Assembly: GCA_963701095.1 (NCBI GenBank)
Contig: OY969564.1
Coordinates: 2,400,001 to 2,464,000 of the forward strand
Direction of reading: 5' to 3'
From: an uncultured Methanoregulaceae archaeon
GTDB taxonomy: Archaea > Halobacteriota > Methanomicrobia > Methanomicrobiales > Methanospirillaceae
DNA length: 64,000 nucleotides
Below, in pieces: positions 20,996 to 32,460 of the stretch. Below the pieces are notes generated by a model. The model searched no databases. It saw nothing but the letters and a program-made list of their open reading frames with translations, and was not told the DNA's origin. The translations under genes and the position numbers were made by a program. Each line of letters starts with the position of its first letter. Positions within the stretch are counted from its first letter, which is position 1.

Positions 20996-22466
20996 AATTT
21001 TTTGAGAAGATCCTGATTGCAAACCGGGGCGAGATCGCGATCCGGGTCATGCGTGCCTGCCGGGAGCTTGATATTGACACGGTGGCGATTTATTCGTCGG
21101 CGGATAAAAATGCCCTCCATGTAAAATATGCCGACGAAGCTTTCCCGGTCGGTGAGGCTCACCCCTCCAAGAGCTACCTCAACATGGACCGGATTGTCGA
21201 CATCGCAAAAAAGAGCGGCGCCGAAGCAATCCACCCGGGCTATGGTTTCCTCGCAGAGAACTACCGGTTTGCAAAGCTCTGTGCAGACGAGGGGGTGACG
21301 TTTATTGGCCCCCGTTCAAAGACCATCAAGGCCATGGGCTCCAAGATCGGGAGCAAACAGATGATGAAAAAAGCCGGTGTGCCGGTACTTCCGGGAACCG
21401 AGGATGGTATCCGGGATATTGATACGGCAAAGAAAGTAGCGGCAGAGATTGGCTACCCGGTTATTGTCAAGGCAAGTGCCGGAGGTGGCGGGATCGGGAT
21501 GCAAATCGTGAACGATGAAGCTGCCCTTGAAGAAGCGATCTCCGGCAGCATGCGGATCGCCCAGTCCGCGTTTGGGGATCCGACCGTCTTTATCGAAAAA
21601 TATCTTATAAAACCCCGGCACATCGAGTTCCAGGTGCTCGCCGATGAGCATGGCCATGCGGTCCACCTGTACGAACGCGAGTGCTCCATCCAGCGAAGAC
21701 ACCAGAAACTGATTGAGGAAGCACCGTGTGCTATCATGACCCCGGAGCTTCGCGCACGCATGTCATTTTCAGCGCTCAAAGTAGTGGAAGCGTCGGATTA
21801 TACCAATGCCGGTTCGGTCGAGTTCCTGTACAGCAACGGGAACTACTATTTCATGGAGATGAACACCCGGCTGCAGGTCGAGCATACGATTACCGAGTTT
21901 ATCACGGGCGTTGACATCGTCAAGCAGCAGATTGCTATTGCATCGGGAGAGGCTCTTCCCTTTGACCAGCAGGATCTCTCGATCCGGGGCCATGCAATCG
22001 AATGCCGGATTAATGCGGAAGACCCGCTCAACAACTTTGCCGCTGACCCGGTAAAATTGTCCGGTACCGTTCTCCCGGTGGTCCTGGTATCCGGGTTGAC
22101 AGCGGTATTCATATGGGCTACATGATCCCGCCAAATTACGACTCGATGATCGCAAAGCTCTGCGCCTGGGACAGCACCCGGCCTGAAGCGATCATGAGGA
22201 TGCGCCGTGCAATCTCGGAATATATCATCCTCGGGATCAAAACAACGCTGCCCCTTCATTACGCGATTATGAACAACCAGCAGTTCATCGAAGGAAACAC
22301 CCATACTCACTTCCTGCAGGAGGAACATATCGGAAAAACCCTCGAGCGGTACAAACTCGATGAAGAGGCGCGAATGCAGACGCTTGCCGGATCGTTTTCG
22401 CAAGGGAACAAGGTGGCTGCAATTACGGCCGCGGTGAACGTCTACCTGCAGCAGAAAAAAGGCTGA
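20992..22466 (+). CDS. pycA: Pyruvate carboxylase subunit A (biotin carboxylase); frameshift near 22050
   Basis: [54 protein letters not shown]. Confidence 0.93.
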
Positions 22467-22533
22467 TACGTGCGCATCTTTCGTATCAGAACCTTTAAGA
22501 GTTTTTACGGTGTTGTAATTATGCACTTTTCGT

Positions 22534-22652
22534 GCTGCGGTGGCCTAGCTGGTTAGGGCGCCAGACTCATAGGGTTTGATTCATGCCGAAAAAAAACGGC
22601 GTGTGAACTTTGGGACATCTGGAGATCGTGGGATCGTAACCCACTCGCAGCA
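22534..22652 (+). tRNA. tRNA-Met(CAT), elongator type, with a 45-nt intron at 37/38 (22572-22616)
   Basis: Acceptor stem GCTGCGG/TCGCAGC, anticodon arm CCAGA-CTCATA|A-TCTGG, BHB motif (CTCA pairs with TGGG; bulges TA^G and AC^A). Confidence 0.9.
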
Positions 22653-22829
22653 TCACTCTTTTGTTCATGTATTCGTGCTCCAGATATTGTTCACAAAACT
22701 TTTTTTGGCCAAATATTCCCCCCGGAATACTATTTTGTCGTAAATCGCGGTGCATTTTCATATGTTCCGGCGATAAATTTATCAGCCTCGTAACATAAAC
22801 AAGAGTCTGATAAAGAGAGGTCAAAAATA

Positions 22830-23330
22830 ATGATCCTTTTAACGGCAGCAGTAGGAATAATCCAGCTCATAATCGCGGTCATTCTCGCGGTGGTTGCACT
22901 GTATATCGGGTTCTATGTCTTTGGCAGAGTTACCCGGGATGTCGACGAGCAGCAGGAACTTGCAAAAGGAAATGTGGCGTTTGGTATTGTTGTTGCCGCC
23001 ATTTTTATCGCTATTGCGGTCGTTGTCCAGTCCGGTATCACCGGCCTCTCGGTTGGCGTGAGTAAGGCTTCAGCGTATGGTCTGATGTCTGTTGACGGTC
23101 TGACCGTGATCGGTATTGCTATCGTCCAGCTGATCCTCGGTGTTGTACTCGCCGTTGTTGCTATCTATATTGCCCTGAGCATCCTCGACCATCTTACTAT
23201 CAATCTGCATGAGTTTGAGGAACTCAAGAAAGGAAACGTTGCCGTCGCTATCGAGATGGCCGGCGTTATCATTGCCGTTGCGCTGATCATACAGTCCGGT
23301 GTTGTCGGTATAACAGCAGCACTTGGCTGA
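22830..23330 (+). CDS. DUF350-like membrane protein with an internal duplication
   Basis: Two copies of EL.KGNVA..I..A...IA.A. Confidence 0.75.
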   Translation: MILLTAAVGIIQLIIAVILAVVALYIGFYVFGRVTRDVDEQQELAKGNVAFGIVVAAIFIAIAVVVQSGITGLSVGVSKASAYGLMSVDGLTVIGIAIVQLILGVVLAVVAIYIALSILDHLTINLHEFEELKKGNVAVAIEMAGVIIAVALIIQSGVVGITAALG

Positions 23331-23410
23331 AAAACAACCGCGGTCAATATTCTTTTTTTGATAATCTGTCTAAAAGCGTTTTTCTCTAGGGGTATTGAGA
23401 GAGAGACGGT

Positions 23411-24637
23411 CTATTTCCCATGCAGGTTGATAAGCCGGATAAGCTCAGACAGGCCTGCGATTTCCATTTCCAGCACGTCACGCCGGCTCATACCCATGCT
23501 GGTTTCCGCATCGGCGGTAAGCTGGTCGGGTCCCCGGATCACGGTGCGGTCCGTCCCGTCCCGGCAGAGGATTTCCTGTGCTTCCGCGTCATGGACAAAA
23601 GCCCTGCCGGGGATAATGACGGCAGATGCAAGCCGGGAACAATCAATCTCCCGGAGATCGTCTCCGGTAATCAGGCATGCGATCTCTTTTTTTACCGGAA
23701 CAACCGGGACAGTCGCACCGCGTGCCGATAAAATCTCACTGATAAAAGGTGCAGCAACGGCGCCGGTGATGACCGATGCCTGGCGCTGGACCCGGGGGAG
23801 TTTTTTTATCAGTGCCGGTTCGTGGAGGATGGCAAACGGTGACCCGATCTCCGGGTCCCAGAGAGGTGTACCGGAGATCTTCAGTTTATATCTGGTACTG
23901 AGATCACTCACCATGTCCCGGAACGATTCAACGGATTGTGCGGCACGGCCTTTAATGATCGGCGCGTTTTCGAGGATAAGTCCCTGGGCCGTGGTATTGG
24001 CAAACCGCATAAGGATAAGCCCTTTGGCGCCGCGTTCCTCAAGCCATGCGCAGGTGTGTTCGAGCACCTCGCCGTCATTAATCCCGGGGAGTACTACTGC
24101 TGCCGCATAAACGTCAGCTGCACCGCAGAGCCGATCGAGGATCGCAAGCGAGGCGTCCGGTGTCGGGTCATGCATCCAGCGTTTCCGGAGCGCCGGGTCT
24201 GCGGCAAAAACCGTAAACGAACATTCCGACAGGTTGTTGTCGATAAGGAGATCGGCGGTTTTTACATCGTCCCAGCCTTTACCGCTGGTATACCCGATAT
24301 GAAGTGGTGCTTCGGTTGCGCCCAATAGTTCTATGAGATCGGTAAACTGCGGGTAACAACTGGGATCGCCGCCGCCGCTGATGGTGATCCGGTCGAGATC
24401 GCCGGTTTTGGTTTGGAGAGCGGCAAGCGTTTCCTGGGCAATGGTTCTGAGGTCCTTAAATCCGGTATAGGTTTCCCGGACTCCCTTGGTACAGTAATCA
24501 CAGCCTTTTTTGAACGGGAGGCAGTACCGGCAACCGAACGCTTTTGCGGTCTTCACTTTTTTAAAATAACAGTATTCGCAGAACCCCCGGCAGTCCGCGC
24601 CTGCCCGACCCCCGATATCCACCGTCAGCTGCGCCAT
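23411..24637 (-). CDS. mmp10: Methanogenesis marker protein 10, radical SAM MCR-arginine methyltransferase
   Basis: DIGG..G.DCRGFCEYCYF, CRYC...GCDYC, GGGDPSCYP, HIGYTSGKG, LMRFAN, PGRAFVHD. Confidence 0.92.
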   Translation of the reverse strand: MAQLTVDIGGRAGADCRGFCEYCYFKKVKTAKAFGCRYCLPFKKGCDYCTKGVRETYTGFKDLRTIAQETLAALQTKTGDLDRITISGGGDPSCYPQFTDLIELLGATEAPLHIGYTSGKGWDDVKTADLLIDNNLSECSFTVFAADPALRKRWMHDPTPDASLAILDRLCGAADVYAAAVVLPGINDGEVLEHTCAWLEERGAKGLILMRFANTTAQGLILENAPIIKGRAAQSVESFRDMVSDLSTRYKLKISGTPLWDPEIGSPFAILHEPALIKKLPRVQRQASVITGAVAAPFISEILSARGATVPVVPVKKEIACLITGDDLREIDCSRLASAVIIPGRAFVHDAEAQEILCRDGTDRTVIRGPDQLTADAETSMGMSRRDVLEMEIAGLSELIRLINLHGK

Positions 24638-24816
24638 TCGTTATAGTACAGTACACGTCCCGGTGCGTAAAAGGCATTTGGAATTAACCGCCTCATTCCG
24701 GCGTTTATCGGGAACATACATGGGCAGATTATTCGCCCGGAAAATTTGTGGCTGCGGTGAAGAATACATAAAATCAACGCCACATTTTTTTACCCTCGCG
24801 GTGTATTGTATATGGC

Positions 24817-24889
24817 GCCTCAGTGGCTTAGTTGGCAGAGCGGCTGACTTGTAATCAGCAGGTCCCGTGTTCAAATCACGGCTGAGGCT
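24817..24889 (+). tRNA. tRNA-Thr(TGT)
   Basis: GCCTCAG/CTGAGGC acceptor stem, GCTGA-CTTGTAA-TCAGC anticodon arm, GTTCAAATC T-loop. Confidence 0.95.
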
Positions 24890-25031
24890 TCGTCTTTTGG
24901 CTGTTTTTTACCGGATTCAGGTATAAAGAGTATCTATAAAACCAATAATGCCGAAAACCAGTTCGAGCATGAATATATTCTCCTTTTCCGTTTGATTCAC
25001 GGGGAAAGGGGATTAGTCAGGAGGAAGGAGC

Positions 25032-25955
25032 ATCGCTGCAGGCTCATCGTTTCTGGTATGTGAAGGGCTGACAAAGATCTATGGGGGGAGTCCCGTCCGA
25101 GCCCTGGACTCCGTCAGCTTCACCCTCCCCACCCGGGGCGTATTTGTACTTATCGGCCGGAATGGTTCGGGAAAGACCACCCTGGTCCGTATCCTGGCCA
25201 CCAACCTCGAGGCTACCTCCGGAACTGCCACACTCAACGGGTTCGACGTGATGTCGGAACCAGACCAGATCCGGGAGCGGATCGCAATTGTGCCCCAGGA
25301 GGCCCGGCCCATCCCCTGGATAACTCCCCTGCAGTCGGTGTTTTCCTATCTTCTCTGGCGGGGGCTTGGGTATGAAGAAGCGAAGAAAAAAGCTTCCGAG
25401 GTGCTGGACAAACTTAAGTTCGGTAAGAAGGCACGAGTCTTTAACCGCACGCTTTCCGGGGGCATGAAGCGAAAGGTGCTGATGGCCATGATCCTCTCCG
25501 CGGAAGCGGAGGTAATCTTCCTGGATGAACCCACCACCGGACTCGACCCCGTTGCCCGGCGTGAATTCTGGGAGGTGCTCCAGGAGGTCCGCAAAGACCG
25601 CTTCGTGGTACTGACTACCCACTACATGGAGGAGGCAGAACAGCTGGCGGATATGATCGGTGTACTGGACGAGGGTAAGTTGATCGCCCTTGGTACTATG
25701 GACGAACTGAGACGGCGGTTGCTGTACAACTACAGTGTGCAGCTGCTCTCCCTGCCGGAACTGCCACTTACCCTTACGGAGGGGGAGATGGTGAAGGGAA
25801 GGCACGATCTCCCGGTGATCCTGACGACTGAGGATGAGGCCTTCCGCATCGCCCAGAACCTGTCCCGGGAGGGAATTAAGTTCACCATCAATCCAGTAGG
25901 GCTGGAGGACATCTTCTTCTACGTACACCATGGGGGTGACACCGCTGGCAGGTAA
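25032..25955 (+). CDS. ABC-2 type transporter ATP-binding protein (start uncertain, ATC 25032 or CTG 25053)
   Basis: The frame is open upstream of the listed 25248 start and contains LTKIYG and Walker A GRNGSGKT; LSGGM, FLDEPTTGLD, TTHYMEEAE. Confidence 0.88.
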   Translation: MAAGSSFLVCEGLTKIYGGSPVRALDSVSFTLPTRGVFVLIGRNGSGKTTLVRILATNLEATSGTATLNGFDVMSEPDQIRERIAIVPQEARPIPWITPLQSVFSYLLWRGLGYEEAKKKASEVLDKLKFGKKARVFNRTLSGGMKRKVLMAMILSAEAEVIFLDEPTTGLDPVARREFWEVLQEVRKDRFVVLTTHYMEEAEQLADMIGVLDEGKLIALGTMDELRRRLLYNYSVQLLSLPELPLTLTEGEMVKGRHDLPVILTTEDEAFRIAQNLSREGIKFTINPVGLEDIFFYVHHGGDTAGR

Positions 25956-26709
25956 GAACCCGACACGGAAGCGGAGCCGGCAGAGCCAGCTTTTGGCCGC
26001 GATCCTCGTGAACTCTGTGTACAAGATGGAGAACTACCCTGTCGTACTCCTCAACACGATACTCTCGCCCCTCTCAATTCTGCTGGTGATAGTACTGGTC
26101 AGCCGCGGCAGCCTTTTCGGGGTCGGTATCATGGGTGGATTCATCATGGCCATGTTCTCTGCCGGCATGGGCCTGTCCTCCGACCTTTCCCACCTGAAGA
26201 ACGATTTTAAGTTTCAGGATATGATCGTGAGCTCTCCCACCGGTTGGCTCACCTACATGATAGGCATCTCCTTATCTGAGATCGTCTACGCCATCCCCGC
26301 CCTCATAGTGCTCACTGTTCTGGCATACTTCGGGCTGTCCCTGACTCTGGCGAAAGTACTCGCATTCGTGGCGGTCCTGCTGCTTGTTTTTATCTCTTCG
26401 ATCTCGATTGGCTACACCCTCTCCACCTTCTCCAGCGACATCGTTCAGAGCTTTGCCTTCACGCGGCTGATCTCGACACTTTTCTCCACCATCCCGCCCG
26501 TGTACTATCCTATCACCTACATTCCCCTTCCTTTCCGCTATCTGGCCTACCTCTCTCCTACTACCTATGCGGCTGAGCTGGTCCAGGGGATTGGCGGGTA
26601 CCTGTCCCTTTCTTTGACCACAGTCATAATCGACTGGACTGTTCTGATCGCTGTTACGATTGCACTGTTCGTACTTGCAAAAACAAAGGCGCGGTGGAGG
26701 GAGGTTTAG
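25930..26709 (+). CDS. ABC-2 type transporter permease
   Basis: About 6 TM helices; PPVYYP..Y.P and SPTTY motifs. Confidence 0.85.
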   Translation: MGVTPLAGKNPTRKRSRQSQLLAAILVNSVYKMENYPVVLLNTILSPLSILLVIVLVSRGSLFGVGIMGGFIMAMFSAGMGLSSDLSHLKNDFKFQDMIVSSPTGWLTYMIGISLSEIVYAIPALIVLTVLAYFGLSLTLAKVLAFVAVLLLVFISSISIGYTLSTFSSDIVQSFAFTRLISTLFSTIPPVYYPITYIPLPFRYLAYLSPTTYAAELVQGIGGYLSLSLTTVIIDWTVLIAVTIALFVLAKTKARWREV

Positions 26710-26761
26710 GAGGGCCGGAGTATAGGGTTGCGATGTACCTTGGAACAAAAAGGTCAACCAA

Positions 26762-26772
26762 GGCTGAGGCTT
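26762..26772 (+). repeat. Direct repeat of the tRNA-Thr 3' end (GGCTGAGGCTT = 24880-24890), putative att relic
   Basis: Exact 11-nt match plus flanking similarity (TCAA..CA upstream, TCTTTT downstream). Confidence 0.5.
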
Positions 26773-26811
26773 TCTTTTAAAATATTTTTCTCGTGATACG
26801 GGGAAAATTTA

Positions 26812-27087
26812 ATGTATTGGGATATTCATTATTTATTTATAATGGGGGGTAAATTTTTCACTATCAATAAGATTCTTTCAGGCTGTACATATCTCGCTGC
26901 TTTTCTCTGCTTTGGTGGCGGGCTGAGTTTGTTCAAAATCACCAATACCGGCCAGTTTTTGTTAACCGTTAACCAGATACGAATTGATTCTTTGGTAAGT
27001 ATTGATTTGCTCTGTCTTGCAGCAGCACTCTTATTGGAATCTGTTTATTTCTATTTGGACCCCCATAAAATATTCTCGACCTTGTGA
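26812..27087 (+). CDS. Hypothetical small membrane protein
   Basis: 91 aa with two hydrophobic segments; no recognised motif. Confidence 0.35.
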   Translation: MYWDIHYLFIMGGKFFTINKILSGCTYLAAFLCFGGGLSLFKITNTGQFLLTVNQIRIDSLVSIDLLCLAAALLLESVYFYLDPHKIFSTL

Positions 27088-27285
27088 AGTGACCGTTCAG
27101 GATTCGCTTCGTTTGACGATTCCAGGAAATATCTAACCTCTTTTTTGAAATATTAGGTCGCATACCAATCCTTAAGTATTTTATCTCATCTGTTTTCTAC
27201 CGAGATCAATATATTAGATTTCAAGGGATTGCTCGCACGATTTCCTGATAACACTGTTTTTAGCATGTCAAATAAATTCGTAATA

Positions 27286-27293
27286 TTTATATA
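27286..27293 (+). promoter_or_regulatory. Archaeal TATA box (TTTATATA) upstream of the pilin gene
   Basis: Consensus TATA about 70 nt before the ATG at 27364. Confidence 0.6.
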
Positions 27294-27363
27294 CTAAAAA
27301 GAGAAATAATCAAAACATACAGTGTCATATCCAGCGTGGATATGTAATGGAGTGTTTGAAATT

Positions 27364-27807
27364 ATGTATACCAGAAACAATGAAGAGGCAGTATCACCGG
27401 TCATCGGCGTCATCCTGATGGTCGCCATCACGGTGATTCTCGCAGCGGTCATCGCTGCATTCGTGTTCGGCATGGCCGGGAATATCCAGAAGACCAAGGT
27501 CGTTGCGGCGACTGAGTCCCGTATAAATTCATCTTGGGTGACCGCCACCTATCAGGGTGGGCAGGATGCTGGATCACTAAATGGAATTGCGTGGCAAGTT
27601 AATGGTGCAAATGTTACGGTAGCTGTTCCAGGATCCACAACACTTTCATTATCCGGCACGCCAGAGAATTATGTATATGCAACAAGTGGTGGAACTTTGC
27701 CAATAGGTGCATTAATGTATGTTCCAGCTGGTTCTAATTCACATGTGACTGGTGTCGGATATTTCAGCGATGGAACCACACAGGTTATCGTTGACACCAC
27801 CCTCTAA
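27364..27807 (+). CDS. Archaeal type IV pilin (class III signal peptide, DUF1628-type N-terminus)
   Basis: NNEEA|VSPVIGVILMVAITVILAAVIAAFVFG; sequons NSS and NVT. Confidence 0.92.
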   Translation: MYTRNNEEAVSPVIGVILMVAITVILAAVIAAFVFGMAGNIQKTKVVAATESRINSSWVTATYQGGQDAGSLNGIAWQVNGANVTVAVPGSTTLSLSGTPENYVYATSGGTLPIGALMYVPAGSNSHVTGVGYFSDGTTQVIVDTTL

Positions 27808-27809
27808 TC

Positions 27810-27817
27810 TTTTTTTT
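27810..27817 (+). terminator. Oligo-T archaeal terminator after the pilin gene
   Basis: T8 run immediately after the stop codon. Confidence 0.5.
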
Positions 27818-27987
27818 AATTCTTGCTTTCGTTCGCTGTTTTCCTTTGTCTGAATTGTTATTTGCGGAGTTTCCAACTCTGTATCAATCTTTAATGAAAA
27901 GAGCGACATCAATGCGAACATTCTCTTCATCTCTCCAATACCTTGAAATTATCCCGGATTTTATAGTAGGTACGAAAACGATTCACC

Positions 27988-29034
27988 ATGACAAAAAAAG
28001 CCTTTATTACTGGCATAACCGGGCAGGACGGGTCGTACCTTGCCGAACTTCTGTTAAGTAAAGGGTACGAGGTCCACGGGTTGGTGCGACGGTCATCCAC
28101 CTTCAATACGAGCCGGATTGATTCCATCTATGTTGATCCGCATGAAACCGGTGCCCGGCTCTTCCTGCACTATGGTGATCTCTCAGATTCCGAACAGATT
28201 GCAAACGTTATGTACAATATCCGACCGGATGAAGTCTATCACCTGGGGGCCCAAAGCCATGTCAGGGTCAGCTTCGATACACCAGAATATACAGGGAATG
28301 TGACAGCTCTTGGTACGACCCGGCTTTTAGAAGCTATCCGACGGAGTAACCAAAACGTGAAGTTTTACCAGGCATCCTCAAGCGAGATGTTTGGCGCAGC
28401 AAATCCACCCCAGGGTGAAGACACGCAATTCCACCCCCGAAGCCCGTATGCCTGTGCGAAGGTGTATTCCTACTGGATGACACGGAACTACCGGGAAGGG
28501 TATAACCTTTTTGCCTCCAACGGAATACTTTTCAACCACGAATCACCGCGCCGGGGTGAGACTTTTGTAACCCGTAAAATAACCCGTGCGATCGCCCGTA
28601 TCCTCGCCGGTACGGAAAAATATCTCTATCTTGGCAACCTTGATGCACGACGGGACTGGGGATTTGCGCCGGAGTATGTAGAGTGTATGTGGCGGATCCT
28701 CCAGCAGGACCAACCCGGGGATTTTGTAATCGGTACCGGAGAGACGCATTCGGTCCATGAATTCCTGCACGAGTCGTTTTGCTACGCAGGACTCGATGTT
28801 GAGGAACATGTTCGGATCGATCCACGATATTTCAGGCCGACGGAAGTGGAAGTCCTCATAGCTGATGCAAGGAAGTCTGAGAACGTCCTTGGCTGGAAAC
28901 CGGCGATAAAATTTGCAGATCTGGTAAAGATCATGGTCGATGCAGACTTGAAAGCAGCTGGACAAAAGCCAATAGGAAAAGGTGACGCGATTATCCGGAA
29001 AACCTTCCCTCAGCGTTGGTGGAAGTGCGACTAA
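27988..29034 (+). CDS. gmd: GDP-mannose 4,6-dehydratase
   Basis: [49 protein letters not shown]. Confidence 0.96.
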   Translation: MTKKAFITGITGQDGSYLAELLLSKGYEVHGLVRRSSTFNTSRIDSIYVDPHETGARLFLHYGDLSDSEQIANVMYNIRPDEVYHLGAQSHVRVSFDTPEYTGNVTALGTTRLLEAIRRSNQNVKFYQASSSEMFGAANPPQGEDTQFHPRSPYACAKVYSYWMTRNYREGYNLFASNGILFNHESPRRGETFVTRKITRAIARILAGTEKYLYLGNLDARRDWGFAPEYVECMWRILQQDQPGDFVIGTGETHSVHEFLHESFCYAGLDVEEHVRIDPRYFRPTEVEVLIADARKSENVLGWKPAIKFADLVKIMVDADLKAAGQKPIGKGDAIIRKTFPQRWWKCD

Positions 29035-29117
29035 GGCAATCCTGTTAACCAGAGAAAATCCCGTCACATAACGAACGATACATTTCAGGATCGTAATGGA
29101 CCAAAAACGAGGCAGGA

Positions 29118-30091
<974 letters not shown>

Positions 30092-30178
30092 AACGATATT
30101 TCCTGTTTATCAGTACTTTTCATGCCACCAGTTACCAGACTATAAGTAATGCGACGACAAAATTTCTGATAACAATTC

Positions 30179-31030
30179 ATGAATGAGACTACTTCGCCAC
30201 CGCAGGAAACCACCATACCAACGCTTATCATCCGCCCGCCCCAGAAATGGGTGCCGGTAGACCTTCATGAGCTCTGGGCGTATCGTGAGCTTATCGCGGC
30301 ATTTACTCTGCGAGATGTAAAGCTCCGGTACAAGCAGACCGGGCTTGGGATTGCATGGGCAGTTCTTCAGCCGGTATTAACCATGGTCATTTTTACGATC
30401 ATTTTTGGCGGTCTTGCAAAGATACCCTCCAATGGTGTGCCATACCCTCTTTTTGTTCTCGCCGCCCTGCTCCCGTGGATGCTCTTTTCTGATGGACTGA
30501 CCCGTTCCACGACAAGTATGGTGGCCAATTCCCCAATCATGACAAAGGTATACTTCCCACGCTTGATTATGCCTCTTTCAAGTATTATATCTCCTCTCGT
30601 AGATTTCGGTGTTTCTTTTATTATCCTCATTGCGATGATGATCTATTACGGATATGCACCTACACTTAACATTGTATTCCTGCCGCTTTTCCTCCTGCTC
30701 GCGCTCGCGACATCGCTTGGTGTCGGTCTCTGGCTCTCAGCATTAAATGTAAAGTACCGTGACTTTCAATACACGATTCCCTTTATCATCCAGATAGGTA
30801 TGTATGCATCTCCTGTAGTGTATGCATCCAGTCTTGTCCCGGCTTCATTGAGAGTGTGGTACGGCCTCAACCCGATGGCGGGAGTGATCGAAGGATTTCG
30901 CTGGACCCTATTAGGTTCCGGAACGCCTAGTGCGATGGTGCTGGTATCTGTGGGAATGGTCATTGTTATTCTTGTCACTGGTATACTTTATTTCCGGAGG
31001 ATGGAACAGTACTATGCAGATATTGTATAA
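30179..31030 (+). CDS. wzm: Polysaccharide ABC exporter permease Wzm
   Basis: RDVKLRYKQT.LG.AW, KVYFPR, YRD, SPVVY, NPM. Confidence 0.92.
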   Translation: MNETTSPPQETTIPTLIIRPPQKWVPVDLHELWAYRELIAAFTLRDVKLRYKQTGLGIAWAVLQPVLTMVIFTIIFGGLAKIPSNGVPYPLFVLAALLPWMLFSDGLTRSTTSMVANSPIMTKVYFPRLIMPLSSIISPLVDFGVSFIILIAMMIYYGYAPTLNIVFLPLFLLLALATSLGVGLWLSALNVKYRDFQYTIPFIIQIGMYASPVVYASSLVPASLRVWYGLNPMAGVIEGFRWTLLGSGTPSAMVLVSVGMVIVILVTGILYFRRMEQYYADIV

Positions 31031-31189
31031 TGTAAAAAAGTGGATAGGAACGATTTACGTTTGTCAAGGGAATATGGCTAAACTATCTCTAAAAGAGTTT
31101 TCCGGACGCCGCTCACAAACCATTTGCTTCAATTATTCCGGGGGCAAACACTCTAAAGACATTCTCATTATTAGGGAAAGTTCATCCAC

Positions 31190-32460
31190 ATGACTTCTGA
31201 AAATTTCGCAATCCGTGTTAACCACGTAGGGAAACAGTATAAGCTTGGCGGACCGCAAGAACAATACCACACGTTCCGCGATGCGATTGTTAATTCTTTT
31301 AAAGCGCCACTGAAAGTGTTTCATAAGACTTCACCGGTGGAAGGGTTCTGGGCTTTGAAGGACGTTTCTTTTGATGTTATGCAGGGTGAAGTTGTCGGGA
31401 TTATCGGACGGAATGGTGCCGGGAAATCGACACTCCTTAAAATATTATCGAGAATTACTTCGCCAACTGAAGGATCGGTTGAGCTATTTGGAAGAGTGGG
31501 CTCTTTACTGGAAGTAGGAACCGGGTTTCATCCAGAGCTGACCGGGAGGGAAAATATCTATTTGTCCGGCTCGATTCTTGGAATGAAACGACGAGAAATA
31601 GACGTAAAATTGGATGAGATTATAAAATTTTCCGAGATTGAACAATTTCTTGACACACCTGTTAAACGATATTCGAGTGGGATGTATGTCCGACTCGCAT
31701 TTGCCGTGGCAGCACATTTGGAACCAGAGATATTGCTTATTGATGAAGTGCTGGCGGTTGGGGATGCTCAGTTCCAAAAGAAATGCTTAGGAAAGATGGG
31801 GGATGTCGGGAAGGAAGGGAGAACGGTACTCTTCGTCAGCCATAATATGGCAGCTATGCGCCAACTGTGCCCTTCATGTATCTGGCTGGCCAATGGAAAA
31901 TTAAAAGATGCTGGGCCAACTCAGGACGTCATTGATCATTATCTGGAGTCAACAATATCAACTACGTTTTCATCTCCACTTACAGTAGATGACAACAAAG
32001 AAGTTCAGCTTAGAAAAATTAGGATAATAGATGATCACTGTCGTGAAAATACCGAATGCAATTGCGACGTTCCTATTATTATTGAAGTAATCTTTAACAT
32101 AAAAAAAGAGATTCCGGGATTGTATGGATATATATCAGTAAATAAAAAAGACGGAACTTTGGTAATGATTTCTGATAGTTTTGATAATGAACCAAACAGT
32201 CTCGACAATCTTGAACCAGGTATTCACTGTTTTCACATAATAATTCCAGCGAGAACCCTTGGCGCCGGACATTATTATATTTCTACAAGTTTTGCAAAAA
32301 ATTACTTTGTGAATACAATTACTCTAGATTCGCACGACTTGGTTTATTCGTTTTTAGTGTTCGATGAAACGTCCTATCGCGGGACAGTATCCGGTGGACG
32401 GGGCGGATTTTTTATACAAAATTAAAATGGGAACAGTGCAAGGATCCTATTCTTCGGTAA
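31190..32460 (+). CDS. wzt: Polysaccharide ABC exporter ATPase Wzt with C-terminal carbohydrate-binding-type domain (ORF stop 32425; a probable T-run frameshift extends it to 32460)
   Basis: FWALKDVSF, GRNGAGKS, GTGFHPELTGREN, YSSGM, DEVLAVGD, VSH; about 150 aa C-terminal extension. Confidence 0.9.

Noticed and set aside
23411..24637. Radical SAM gene between two tRNAs as island cargo
   Set aside because: It is Mmp10, a core methanogenesis gene; no att repeats or integrase seen around it
25044..26024. 326-aa minus-strand ORF (and similar long antisense ORFs such as 15503-16228, 23358-24110, 59764-60480)
   Set aside because: Shadow ORFs opposite well-supported genes, with no recognisable motifs
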